Under the pieces are notes generated by a model. That model did not search any database. It saw only the letters and a program-made list of their open reading frames with translations, and had not been told where the DNA came from. Position numbers and translations under genes: made by a program. Shown here one piece after another: positions 1-9,273 of a stretch of DNA of 64,000 bases. Each line of letters opens with the position of its first letter. Within the stretch, counting starts at the first letter, position 1. The stretch comes from Gemmatimonadota bacterium (GTDB lineage: Bacteria; Gemmatimonadota; Gemmatimonadetes; Palauibacterales; KS3-K002), in NCBI GenBank assembly GCA_039586795.1, contig JBDHJS010000014.1:32001-96000 (forward strand). Direction: 5' to 3'.

Positions 1-693
1 ACGGACGGCGTTCTTGAACACTTCGCGCCCCGCCATTCGCAGGTGGCCATCCCGAGCTACGATCTCAGCCACGTCTATTGGGACCGGATCCCTCCCGCTG
101 GGCGCGCGGTACAGCAGCTCTGCAAGACTGCCGTCCGATCTCATGTAGCTGGCAATGATGCCACGTTGTTCGTCGTCGGATTTCTGAAGCACGGCGGCAC
201 CGGCAGCATCACCGAAAAGCACGCATGTGGCGCGGTCGGTCCAGTCGACGATACTGCTCATCTTCTCGGTAGCGATACACAATACCGTGTTCGCCTGACC
301 TGTCTGGATGAACGCACTCCCTATGTTGAGTGCATACAACCAGCCACTGCACGCTCCCCAGACATCAAATGCCACGGCGTTGGTTGCACCCAGCTGAGCC
401 TGAACATCGCAAGCGGTCGCGGGAAGCAATCGGTCTGGCGTTGCCGTGGAAACGATGATCGCGTCGACGTCGGATGGGTCCAGGCCGCCATCTTCCAGCG
501 CATCCATGGCAGCATAATGACCCATCTTCACAACCCCCACGTCGTCGGCCGCGATACGACGCTCCTTGATGCCGGTCCGTTCGGTGATCCATTCGTCCGT
601 GGTGTCGACCATTCGTTCCAGGTCGGCATTCGTGAGCACCCTGGTCGGCGCCCACATGCCTAGGGACGTCATCCGGACCGTGCCGAGCGCCAC
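1..693 (-). CDS. fabH: beta-ketoacyl-ACP synthase III (partial, runs off left edge)
   Basis: Manual translation from GTG at 693: MALGTVRMTSLGMWAPTRVLTNADLERMVDTTDEWITERTGIKERRIA, a typical FabH N-terminus; directly follows plsX. Confidence 0.95.
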   Translation of the reverse strand, partial: MALGTVRMTSLGMWAPTRVLTNADLERMVDTTDEWITERTGIKERRIAADDVGVVKMGHYAAMDALEDGGLDPSDVDAIIVSTATPDRLLPATACDVQAQLGATNAVAFDVWGACSGWLYALNIGSAFIQTGQANTVLCIATEKMSSIVDWTDRATCVLFGDAAGAAVLQKSDDEQRGIIASYMRSDGSLAELLYRAPSGRDPVPIDVAEIVARDGHLRMAGREVFKNAVR

Positions 694-695
694 GT

Positions 696-1685
696 CTAGG
701 CCCTCGCGCCCGCGAGCCCCAAGAGCTCGACTCTGAGATGGTCCACCATATCACTCTCCACTGCTTTCACCGCCACACGCACGGCGTTCCTGATTGCGCG
801 AGGAGGCGAGTCGCCGTGACTGATGATCGTCACACCGTTCACGCCCAGGAGTGGGGCGCCTCCGTGGTCCGCGTAGTCCAGCACGCCCTGCAGGCCGTGT
901 AAGTCGATCGCCGCTTGCGTTCCTGCAAGCGCGCCGCTCACCAACCGGGCTACGCGCGCTGCCATCGATTCGTAGAACTTCAACACCACGTTGCCGACGA
1001 AACCGCCGCAAACGACGACATCGTGGTCGCCCGAGATCAGGTCACGCCCCTCTACATTCCCGACGAAGTTCAGACCGCTACCCTCCAACAATCGATACGC
1101 GCGCTGGCTCACCTGGTCTCCTTTACCAGCCTCGCCTCCGATGTTCAGCAGCCCGATTCTCGGTTCCGGTCGCTCCTCCAGGTCCCGTACGTATATGTGC
1201 CCCAGGTGAGCGAACTGCTCCAGATGCTCCGGCGTGCAGTCGGCGTTCGCACCAACGTCGATTAGAAGCGTCGGGTGCTCCGCGGCCGTCGGCAGCATGG
1301 CTCCTATCGCCGGTCGATTCGTTCCGGGAAGCGTCCCCAGCAACAACATCGACGCAGCCAGTACCGCGCCGGTCGAACCGGCCGATATGAAGGCATCGGC
1401 TTCGCCTGACGCCTGCATCTGAACCGCTCGGACGATAGAACTGTCCGTCTTGCGTCGTACCGCTTCCACCGGCGACTCGTCCATCCCGATCGACTCGCTG
1501 GCCGCCACGACTCGCACGCGGCCGCCCGGCACGACCTGGTCCTCCAACTCCCGCTCGATCGCCGCGGGCTCGCCCACCAGCAGTACCTCGAAATCCCCAT
1601 CGAGATGCTGGAGCGCCTCGATTCCGCCCTGCACCGGCGCCGCAGGCGCGTTATCGCCGCCCATCGCATCGATGGCTATTCGCAT
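696..1685 (-). CDS. plsX: phosphate acyltransferase PlsX
   Basis: MRIAIDAMGGDNAP start (ATG 1685), SAGSTGA, LLNIGGE, GGAPLLGVNG..HG motifs; rpmF-plsX-fabH synteny. Confidence 0.97.
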   Translation of the reverse strand: MRIAIDAMGGDNAPAAPVQGGIEALQHLDGDFEVLLVGEPAAIERELEDQVVPGGRVRVVAASESIGMDESPVEAVRRKTDSSIVRAVQMQASGEADAFISAGSTGAVLAASMLLLGTLPGTNRPAIGAMLPTAAEHPTLLIDVGANADCTPEHLEQFAHLGHIYVRDLEERPEPRIGLLNIGGEAGKGDQVSQRAYRLLEGSGLNFVGNVEGRDLISGDHDVVVCGGFVGNVVLKFYESMAARVARLVSGALAGTQAAIDLHGLQGVLDYADHGGAPLLGVNGVTIISHGDSPPRAIRNAVRVAVKAVESDMVDHLRVELLGLAGARA

Positions 1686-1709
1686 GAGGGCTCCGCGTCT
1701 TCGTACGGC

Positions 1710-1770
1710 AAAAAAACGACGAGCACGTCGACCCATTCCGCCTGGGTGACGCGCCCAACCGCTCACGTCG
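1710..1770 (-). terminator. long hairpin followed by T7 tract in plsX leader
   Basis: Minus strand CGACGTGAGC...ACCCA-GGCGGAA-TGGGT...GCTCGTCG then TTTTTTT (A7 at 1710-1716 on +). Confidence 0.55.
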
Positions 1771-1884
1771 GGACCCGAAAAGTGCCTCTCCAGTCAAGCC
1801 AGAGCCGGCGGCTGCTCTTACTGACAACTCCCAACCGACGGCGATGGCCGGTGGGAGCTTCTGTGTCAGGCGCTTAGACGAGTC

Positions 1885-2070
1885 CTAGTACTCTGTCTCG
1901 ACTTGAATGACTTCAGCGTTTCGGTAATAACCGCACGTCGGGCAGATCCGATGTGGCAACTTCGGATCGCCACACTGAGGGCAGGCCTGCGTCGCCGACG
2001 CCTTGGTTTTGAAATGCGTGCGGCGTTTCCGCTTGCGAGCCTTGGAAGTTCGTCTCTTCGGTACAGCCAT
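1885..2070 (-). CDS. rpmF: 50S ribosomal protein L32
   Basis: [19 protein letters not shown] plus CPQC..H..CPTC zinc ribbon. Confidence 0.98.
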   Translation of the reverse strand: MAVPKRRTSKARKRKRRTHFKTKASATQACPQCGDPKLPHRICPTCGYYRNAEVIQVETEY

Positions 2071-2098
2071 CGTTCTCTCTATGCCTCTTCTAGATTCT

Positions 2099-2617
2099 CT
2101 AGATCTTCTTCTTCAGAGCCTGCAAAGGACCCCAACGCGGATCAGGCTCCGATGAACCACACTCGCATTCGCCCTGACTCAGACTCGCTCCGCAGTGAGC
2201 GCAGATACCGGGACAGTCCTCCCGACAGACCGGAAATCCGGGCACCTGCAAAACGAATCGCTCCCCAACCGCGGCGCGCAGGTCAAGCTCTTCTGCGTTC
2301 GGGTCGAAGCCGTAGAGTGTAAGGTCACCCTCTCCCGCCGAGGTCTTCGGGTCGAACAGCAACTCGAAATCATCCGATATCGTGAGTTCGAGTGGCTCCA
2401 AACATCGGCGACAAGTCGTCCGCAACCGACCCGACAGCGAGCCCCGAACCCAGATGCCCCGGTTCGGGGATCCCTCGGCTCGAGCCTGAACCTTCAGCGG
2501 CTCGGCCAATTCCAAGCCAGAGCCGGACCACACCCCATCATCGACGGCGATCACGCCCTCGACCTCCACCGGGGCCTGGTCCAGACTCCGCAATTCTATT
2601 ACTAGCACGGCGCCCAT
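2099..2617 (-). CDS. yceD: DUF177/YceD family protein (start may be GTG at 2608)
   Basis: [25 protein letters not shown] motifs; upstream of rpmF. Confidence 0.93.
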   Translation of the reverse strand: MGAVLVIELRSLDQAPVEVEGVIAVDDGVWSGSGLELAEPLKVQARAEGSPNRGIWVRGSLSGRLRTTCRRCLEPLELTISDDFELLFDPKTSAGEGDLTLYGFDPNAEELDLRAAVGERFVLQVPGFPVCREDCPGICAHCGASLSQGECECGSSEPDPRWGPLQALKKKI

Positions 2618-2646
2618 AGTCTATTGGGGGGCCCCACCTATGTCAA
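2618..2646 (-). promoter_or_regulatory. sigma70-type promoter for yceD-rpmF
   Basis: TTGACA (2641-2646), 17 nt spacer, TAGACT (2618-2623). Confidence 0.65.
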
Positions 2647-2684
2647 CGTACCGTTTCGGCGTATTTTCGGGCCCCGACATCAAA

Positions 2685-2785
2685 CGAGTACGAACACCAT
2701 CACCAGTACGAGTGCGAGTACGAGGCCTTAGCGTCGTACTCGTACTCCTACTCCTGGATCGTACTCTTTATCGTACTCGTACTCG
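2685..2785. repeat. inverted array of CGAGTA/TACTCG hexamers downstream of ndk
   Basis: Left arm cgagtacga...gagtgcgagtacga (2685-2723); right arm tcgtactcgtactc...tcgtactcgtactcg (2734-2785). Confidence 0.85.
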
Positions 2786-2790
2786 CCGAC

Positions 2791-3210
2791 TCACCCCCAG
2801 AGAATTTCCTGCTTCGAAAAGAAGAACCCCAACTCGATCGACGCGTTCTCGTCCGAATCCGACCCGTGTATCGCGTTGCGCTCCTTGTTCTCCGCGTACA
2901 ACGCCCGAACCGTCCCCGCCGCCGCCTCAGCCGGATCCGTCGCGCCAATCACTTCACGCAGATACGCCACCGCGTCATCTCGCTCTAAAGCCAAAGCCAG
3001 AATTGGCCCTGAGGTCATGAACCGCTTGAGCGCCTCATAGAACGGCCGCTCCCGATGCACGGCGTAGAATTCCCCCGCCTGCTCGTCGCTCAGCCGAGTG
3101 TAGCGAGCGGCGCGGATCCGAAACCCCTCCTCCTCCAACTTGGCGAGGATGAGGCCGATCTTTCGCGCCTCGACGGCGTCTGGTTTGATTATCGCAAGTG
3201 TAAGACTCAT
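2791..3210 (-). CDS. ndk: nucleoside diphosphate kinase
   Basis: [26 protein letters not shown] catalytic His motif. Confidence 0.98.
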   Translation of the reverse strand: MSLTLAIIKPDAVEARKIGLILAKLEEEGFRIRAARYTRLSDEQAGEFYAVHRERPFYEALKRFMTSGPILALALERDDAVAYLREVIGATDPAEAAAGTVRALYAENKERNAIHGSDSDENASIELGFFFSKQEILWG

Positions 3211-3218
3211 AATAAGTT

Positions 3219-4115
3219 CTATATCGATTGATCAAGTAGTTTGTGGATGAGATCGGTCCGCGAAAGGAACCCGACCAGCTTCCCCTCCTTAACCACCGGG
3301 AACTGGGCCACCCGCTCCGTCAGCATCGTTCCCAGCACATCCGAGATCAGCTGGTCCTCGGAGAGGCACATCACACTTCGCTCCATAACATGCCTGACCT
3401 CGATATCCTCGATCTGCGCCGCCTCCTCGCCGCGGGCTGCGCCGCTCAGTATCTGCGGCAGAAAGTGCTGGAGCACGACGCTCTCGTTCACTAGACCCAA
3501 CACCTCACCATTGTCGCTCACAACCGGTACCGCACGACGTGAATGACGAGCCATGACTCGCAACGTCTCAGAGAGCAGCGTCTCCGGCGCGACGGTGCGT
3601 ACAGTACGGCTCATCAGATCTCGCACCAGCAGCTCTGGTCGCAGAACCAGATCTTTACCCGCCAGAAGGCCAAGAAACTCCTCCGTTGACCCGGCGGTCG
3701 CAAGGGCCTCGGCATAGGCGGGGTCACCTAGCAGCTCGCTAAGCGCGGCCAGCGCTTTCAGGTACTGCTTGGCGGCCTTTCGCGGAGCGACGATCAGGAT
3801 GAGAAGGTCTGCGTCGGGAGCTTGCGGCGGTGCGAACGAGAATTTCTTGGTGGCCCCAGCTACGGCGACCGCCAGCTCTTCCACTGCCTCGCTTCGGAAA
3901 TGTACGAAGATCGCTCTGGTGCCCAGTGCAGTCACCGGAGCACGATCGCGGTCGGCATGAACGACCGAATCGAGGGCTTCCCTATCGCTAACCAGTCCCG
4001 CACCATCGAGGCGGTCGATGAGCTTGTCGACCGCCTCGTCCAGGTTCTTCGCTTTCATCCCGAGGACTACCCTGTCGGGAGACAGCAGGCGCGAGATAGT
4101 GAGAGGACTACTCAT
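3219..4115 (-). CDS. PTS EIIA-like domain fused to CBS domain pair
   Basis: N-terminal EIIA(Ntr/Fru)-like region (ALG..AIFVHFR, LILIVAP...YLKALAALS); C-terminal VRDLMSR/VPVV/GLV and [20 protein letters not shown] repeats. Confidence 0.8.
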   Translation of the reverse strand: MSSPLTISRLLSPDRVVLGMKAKNLDEAVDKLIDRLDGAGLVSDREALDSVVHADRDRAPVTALGTRAIFVHFRSEAVEELAVAVAGATKKFSFAPPQAPDADLLILIVAPRKAAKQYLKALAALSELLGDPAYAEALATAGSTEEFLGLLAGKDLVLRPELLVRDLMSRTVRTVAPETLLSETLRVMARHSRRAVPVVSDNGEVLGLVNESVVLQHFLPQILSGAARGEEAAQIEDIEVRHVMERSVMCLSEDQLISDVLGTMLTERVAQFPVVKEGKLVGFLSRTDLIHKLLDQSI

Positions 4116-4987
4116 GCACGCATGGCCCGCTTGATGATGTCCGGCATATCCGCCGGTCGCTCCGCCACTTCCACCCCGTTCTCCTTGAAGGTAGTGATCT
4201 TCTCCTCGGCTGTCCCCGAGGATCCGGAGATGATCGCGCCGGCATGACCCATCCGTCGCCCTGGAGGTGCCGTTTGACCTGCGACAAACCCCACGACCGG
4301 CTTGGAGAGCTTCTGTTTGATATGCCGGGCGGCGTTCTGCTCGTCCGTCCCGCCGATCTCTCCGATCAGGACGATCGCTTCCGTAGCCGGGTCATCTTCG
4401 AACGCGTTAAGGCAATCGATGAAGTTCGTGCCGATCACCGGGTCGCCTCCGATCCCGATGCAGCTCGATTGCCCCAGCCCGGCTCGTGTCAGCGCCCACA
4501 CGACCTCGTAGGTTAGCGTGCCCGATCGACTCACGACGCCGATCGGCCCTTTCTCTACGATCTGGCCCGGAATGATCCCCAACTTAGTTTCGCCCGGCGA
4601 TATCATGCCCGGGCAGTTCGATCCGATCAAGCGCGCGCCCTGTTCCTTTACGTAGCGCGTCGCCCTCAGCATGTCCAGCACCGGGATACCCTCGGTGATG
4701 CATACGATCAGGTCCACACCGCTGTCCGCTGCTTCGCATATCGCGTCGCCCGCAAACGCCGCCGGAACGTAGATGACGCTAGCATTCGCCCCCGTCTCTT
4801 TGACGGCAGCTTCCATAGTGTCGAAGATCGGAACGTTGTCGTCGAACTTCAGGCCGCCTTTGCCCGGTGTCACGCCAGCGACAACCTTCGCCCCGTACTC
4901 GATCATCTGCCGGGAATGGAACGATCCATCCCGTCCGGTGATCCCCTGGACCACCGCTCTTGTATTGCTATCCGCGAATATTGCCAT
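4112..4987 (-). CDS. sucD: succinyl-CoA synthetase alpha subunit
   Basis: [29 protein letters not shown] phospho-His motif. Confidence 0.98.
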   Translation of the reverse strand: MAIFADSNTRAVVQGITGRDGSFHSRQMIEYGAKVVAGVTPGKGGLKFDDNVPIFDTMEAAVKETGANASVIYVPAAFAGDAICEAADSGVDLIVCITEGIPVLDMLRATRYVKEQGARLIGSNCPGMISPGETKLGIIPGQIVEKGPIGVVSRSGTLTYEVVWALTRAGLGQSSCIGIGGDPVIGTNFIDCLNAFEDDPATEAIVLIGEIGGTDEQNAARHIKQKLSKPVVGFVAGQTAPPGRRMGHAGAIISGSSGTAEEKITTFKENGVEVAERPADMPDIIKRAMRA

Positions 4988-5005
4988 CGGAGTCGTTTCC
5001 TATCT

Positions 5006-6142
5006 TCAGTTCTTCGCCAACTCGACGGCTTTCTTCACCGCCTCATCCATGTCGGTCATGGCGCTGAACCCTGCGCCCTCCAGGATCTTCACCGCCTGCT
5101 CTTCATTCGTGCCCGTCAAGCGAATCGTGATCGGGACCGTCAACTCGATCTCTTTCGTCGCCTCGACGATGCCGTTGGCCACATCGTCGCAACGCGTGAT
5201 GCCGCCGAAGATATTGAACAGAATCGACTTCACGGCAGGATCCGACGTGATGATCTCGATCGCCGTGATGACTTTTTCGGGGCTCGACGAACCTCCGATG
5301 TCCAGGAAGTTGGCCGGCTCCCCACCGTAGTACTTCACCAGGTCCATGGTCGCCATCGCCAGACCGGCTCCGTTGACGCAACAGCCCACATCTCCATCCA
5401 GCTTGATGTACGTCAGACCCTGAGCGCGCGCCCGGACCTCCTCCGCCGCTTCGCTCTCGACATCCCGCAGCTCGGCAATCTGCTGGCGCCGGAACAGTTC
5501 GTTGTCGTCAACGTTCAGCTTGGCATCGATCGCCTTGAGCTCGCCGTCTCCCGTGGTGATCAACGGGTTCACTTCGATCAGCGAGGCACCGGCGTCGATC
5601 ATCGAGGCATACAGCTTGGTGATGATGCTGGCCGCCTGGCGGGCTCGGGCCGCATCGCCTGCATAGAGCTTGAACGCCAGCCGCGATGCCTGGTGCGGCA
5701 TCAGTCCGTAGCGCGGATCTACCGTTTCCTTATAGATCAGTTCCGGGGTCTTTGCCGCGACTTCTTCGATGTCGATCCCGCCTTCTGGCGATGCCATCAG
5801 CACCACGGCGCCGGACGCGCGATCGACGATCGCCCCGAGATACGCCTCATGAGCGATGTCCTCTGCCGGCGATACCAATACTTTGTCCACCGTAAGACCC
5901 TTGATATCCATGCCGAGGATCTTCTCGGCGGCAGCCCGCGCCTCGGCCGGCGTGTCCGCCAGCTTCACTCCACCGGCCTTCCCGCGTCCGCCCGCATGGA
6001 CTTGTGCCTTGACTACGACCTTGCCGCCATACCCGGCGGCGATTTTCTCCGCTTCATCCGGCGTCTTCGCGACCTCGCCCGGCGGTACCGGGATCCCGTG
6101 GTCTCTGAAGATCTCCTTCGCCTGGTACTCGTGAATGTTCAT
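5006..6142 (-). CDS. sucC: succinyl-CoA synthetase beta subunit
   Basis: MNIHEYQAK start at 6142, KAQVHAGGRGKAGGV, NGAGLAMATMD, NIFGGI. Confidence 0.98.
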   Translation of the reverse strand: MNIHEYQAKEIFRDHGIPVPPGEVAKTPDEAEKIAAGYGGKVVVKAQVHAGGRGKAGGVKLADTPAEARAAAEKILGMDIKGLTVDKVLVSPAEDIAHEAYLGAIVDRASGAVVLMASPEGGIDIEEVAAKTPELIYKETVDPRYGLMPHQASRLAFKLYAGDAARARQAASIITKLYASMIDAGASLIEVNPLITTGDGELKAIDAKLNVDDNELFRRQQIAELRDVESEAAEEVRARAQGLTYIKLDGDVGCCVNGAGLAMATMDLVKYYGGEPANFLDIGGSSSPEKVITAIEIITSDPAVKSILFNIFGGITRCDDVANGIVEATKEIELTVPITIRLTGTNEEQAVKILEGAGFSAMTDMDEAVKKAVELAKN

Positions 6143-6173
6143 CTCAGCTCTCGCAGTTTCTTTAATAGCTCCA

Positions 6174-6297
6174 GCAGGGTGCCTTGAACCCCGCCATACG
6201 GTGCACGCTCTGTGCCTCAACTTGTTGCCCTCTTGGCTGAGCCGGAGATGCTATTCCGGGACCCTGCGGCGTCGTCTTGTCCCGTTGTGTGCCGCAG
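6174..6297 (-). promoter_or_regulatory. candidate structured RNA leader of sucCD
   Basis: Closing stem GCAGGGT/ACCCTGC (6174-6180/6261-6267) with internal hairpins; overlapping alternative stem CTGCGGC/GCCGCAG (6264-6270/6291-6297). Confidence 0.4.
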
Positions 6298-6318
6298 CGG
6301 CTCGCCACCGTCAAAGGC

Positions 6319-7695
6319 TCAGAGCTCCAGTTTGAGGCCCTGCTCGTCCAGCCAACTCGAGATTTCGGCGCTGATCGCGGCCAGCGTACCCTCATCTTCG
6401 GCCTCGAAGCGAAGCACCAGAATCGGCTGTGTGTTGCTGGCCCGGATCAACGCCCACCCTCCGGGCATCTTGATGCGAGCCCCATCCACATCGATCACCT
6501 CGTATCGTCGCTTGAAGTGGTCAACGGCCTTCGCCACCAGATCGAATTTCGTTTCGTCTTCGCAATCGACTCTGATCTCCGGCGTCGAAGCCAGCTGCGG
6601 AATCCCCTCCAGCAGCCCCGACAGCGCTCCGCCCGATCGTGCCACCACGTCCACCAACCTGAGGGCTGCGTACGGCGCATCATCATAGCCGTAGTAGTCA
6701 TCCGCGAAGAACATATGGCCGCTCATCTCGCCGGCTATTCGGGCGCCGCTCTCCTTCATCTTCTTCTTGATCAGCGAGTGTCCCGTCTTCCACATGATCG
6801 GCTCGCCGCCCGCTTCCGCGATCTTGTCCTCCAGTACCTGAGAGCACTTTACATCGAAGATGACCTTCTCGCCCGGCACACGTTTCAGCGCATCCAGCGC
6901 ATAGACCAGCAACAGGTAGTCGCCGCGAACGATATTGCCGTCCTCGTCCACCGCTCCGATCCGATCCGCATCCCCGTCGAACGCTACGCCCAGCTCCGCA
7001 TCGCTCGATCGAACCCGATCTATGAGATCGGCCAGGTTCTCATCTACCGTCGGATCGGGGTGATGGTTGGGGAAGCTCCCGTCGGGCTCGCAATACAGCG
7101 CATCGACATCGGCGCCTATGCGCTCGAGCATCGGCACCGCCGTCAGGCTGCCCGCTCCGTTGCCACAATCCACGACGACCTTCACTGGACGCTCTAGACG
7201 GAAGCGGCCCGAGATATCGTCCATGTACTCGTCCAGGATCGGTCGCTCTTCTATCGATCCCGTGCCGTCGACATAGTCGTCGGCCTCGATGCGCTCGCGC
7301 AGCCGCTGGATCGATGATCCGTAGAACGGGCCCTGGGAGGTCAGCATTTTGAACCCGTTGTACTCCGGCGGATTATGCGACCCCGTGACCTGGATGCCGG
7401 CATCCGTGCCCAGATGATGCACCGCGAAATAGAGCGTCGGCGTCGGAACGCAACCAACGAAAAGCACCCGCGCCCCGGTTGATTTCAAGCCCGCGCCGAA
7501 CGCCGCGGCCAGATCGGTAGAGCTGTTCCGGTTGTCGTGGCCCAGCGCTACACTCAGCTGGTCCGACCCGAATTGCTCGCGGAGCTCGCTCCCGTAAGCC
7601 CGCCCCAGGTGCGCCGCTACATCCGCCGTCAGATCTGAGCCTACAACCCCTCTGACGTCGTATTCCCGAAAGATGTGGTGGCTAATGCTCGACAT
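6319..7695 (-). CDS. phosphomannomutase/phosphoglucomutase (AlgC-like)
   Basis: FREYDVRG, TGSHNP phospho-Ser, FDGDADR, GEMSGH motifs. Confidence 0.95.
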   Translation of the reverse strand: MSSISHHIFREYDVRGVVGSDLTADVAAHLGRAYGSELREQFGSDQLSVALGHDNRNSSTDLAAAFGAGLKSTGARVLFVGCVPTPTLYFAVHHLGTDAGIQVTGSHNPPEYNGFKMLTSQGPFYGSSIQRLRERIEADDYVDGTGSIEERPILDEYMDDISGRFRLERPVKVVVDCGNGAGSLTAVPMLERIGADVDALYCEPDGSFPNHHPDPTVDENLADLIDRVRSSDAELGVAFDGDADRIGAVDEDGNIVRGDYLLLVYALDALKRVPGEKVIFDVKCSQVLEDKIAEAGGEPIMWKTGHSLIKKKMKESGARIAGEMSGHMFFADDYYGYDDAPYAALRLVDVVARSGGALSGLLEGIPQLASTPEIRVDCEDETKFDLVAKAVDHFKRRYEVIDVDGARIKMPGGWALIRASNTQPILVLRFEAEDEGTLAAISAEISSWLDEQGLKLEL

Positions 7696-7755
7696 AGTTC
7701 ACCCTCCGCCCGAAACCATGTTTCGGAGCCGCAGGTTTCATCCCTTCGATTCGCT

Positions 7756-9273
7756 CTAGTTCCGTGCGATAGGACTGGGATCGGTTACGTGGGCCGCCAC
7801 CTGCCGGAGGCCGTCCACGCTCTGACGCGCCTTCAGCAGCGGCCACGACGGGAAGAGCCCCATGAGAATGGTGACGATCGCGCAGATCACCAGCGCCGTT
7901 CGCAGGGAACCCGCCCATGTCACGCTCTCGCGCGGCTCGGCCGCCGGCTTCATGTACATGTTGACGATGACCCGCAGGTAGTAGTAGTACGAGATCAGCG
8001 TACTCACCACCAGGACCACAGCCAGGTTCAGATAGCCGGCCTCCACCGCAGCTCTCAAGATGTAAAACTTACCCACGAAGCCCGCCGTTGGCGGCAACCC
8101 GGCCAGCGAGACCAGGAAGAGAGCCAGGATGGCCGCGGCCCATGGCCGAGTCCACCCGAGCCCATTGTAGTCCGACAGTTGCTGGTACTTGTCTCCCTTG
8201 CCCGCCAACACGAGCACGATCGCGAACGCTCCGACGATCATCGCCGTGTAGGCGACCAGGTAGAACAGGAACGACGCCATGCCGGACTCATTCGCCGAGA
8301 TCAAGGCCACCAGCAGGTATCCCGCGTGGGCGATCGACGAGTAGGCGAGCAGTCGCTTGATGTTGTTTTGAACAAGGGCCATCAGGTTCGGCAGCATCAT
8401 CGTCAACACCGCGAACCACCAGATGATCGTCTCCCAGTACGGATGGAAATCGCCGAGACCGACCACGAATATCCGAATGAACGCCGCGAACGCCGCGCCC
8501 TTCACCGCCGCACCCAGGAACGCCGTCACCGGCGTGGGGGCGCCTTCGTAGGCATCCGGCGTCCAGATGTGGAACGGCACCGCCGATACCTTGAACCCAA
8601 AGCCGATGGCCAGCAGAGCCAATCCAGCGATGGTCAGGATCCCTACGGAGTCCGCGCCGACCATCAAGCTCATCAAGCCGATGTTCGTCGTGCCGCTCGT
8701 GCCGAGCAGCAGCGCCATCCCGTAAAGCAAAAACGCGCTGGCGAAGGCGCCGAGCAGGAAGTACTTGAGAGAGGCCTCAGCCGACCGCGGGTCCTTTCGA
8801 TTGAAGCCCACCAGCACGTAGACCGCGATAGACATGAGCTCGAAGCCGAGGAAGATGAGAATCAGGTCGCGGCTACCCGCCAGAATCATCATTCCCACCA
8901 GAGCGAACAACAGTAGCGCGTAATACTCGCCGTCCGTCATATCCTCGCGGACGTTGTAATCGAAGCTGATCAGTACGGTCAGCGCGCCGGCGCCCAGGAA
9001 GATGAAGTTTGTGAAGATTCGGAACCCATCGATCGCCACCATGCCGGTGGTGCCGACTTCCTCCACTCCCATCAACCAAATGTTCGCGGCCATCGCCAAC
9101 GCCAGAAACAGCATGGCGCCCCAGCCAACGCCCCGATTGTCGCCGTCACCGCGCCGCGAGAAGCCATCTATAATGAGCAGAACCAGAGCGCCCGTCGCCA
9201 GAACCGCTTCCGGCAACAACGCCCACAGGTAGTCGAGATGGCTTATGAAGTCTAATTGCATCGCCCTTATCAC
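7756..9273 (-). CDS. nuoN: NADH-quinone oxidoreductase subunit N (alternative start 9261)
   Basis: EASLKYFLLG, FKVSAVPFH.WTPDAYEGAP, KRLLAYSSIAHAGY; last gene of the nuo operon. Confidence 0.97.
   Translation of the reverse strand: MIRAMQLDFISHLDYLWALLPEAVLATGALVLLIIDGFSRRGDGDNRGVGWGAMLFLALAMAANIWLMGVEEVGTTGMVAIDGFRIFTNFIFLGAGALTVLISFDYNVREDMTDGEYYALLLFALVGMMILAGSRDLILIFLGFELMSIAVYVLVGFNRKDPRSAEASLKYFLLGAFASAFLLYGMALLLGTSGTTNIGLMSLMVGADSVGILTIAGLALLAIGFGFKVSAVPFHIWTPDAYEGAPTPVTAFLGAAVKGAAFAAFIRIFVVGLGDFHPYWETIIWWFAVLTMMLPNLMALVQNNIKRLLAYSSIAHAGYLLVALISANESGMASFLFYLVAYTAMIVGAFAIVLVLAGKGDKYQQLSDYNGLGWTRPWAAAILALFLVSLAGLPPTAGFVGKFYILRAAVEAGYLNLAVVLVVSTLISYYYYLRVIVNMYMKPAAEPRESVTWAGSLRTALVICAIVTILMGLFPSWPLLKARQSVDGLRQVAAHVTDPSPIARN

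Noticed and set aside
2640..3020. Small ORFs with RVRV/TRTR repeats
   Set aside because: Products of the hexamer array, overlapping ndk.
6174..6267. tRNA or 6S RNA
   Set aside because: Has a 7-bp closing stem and GGTTCAA, but no proper T-arm pairing or anticodon arm; too short and lacks the long rod pairing of 6S.
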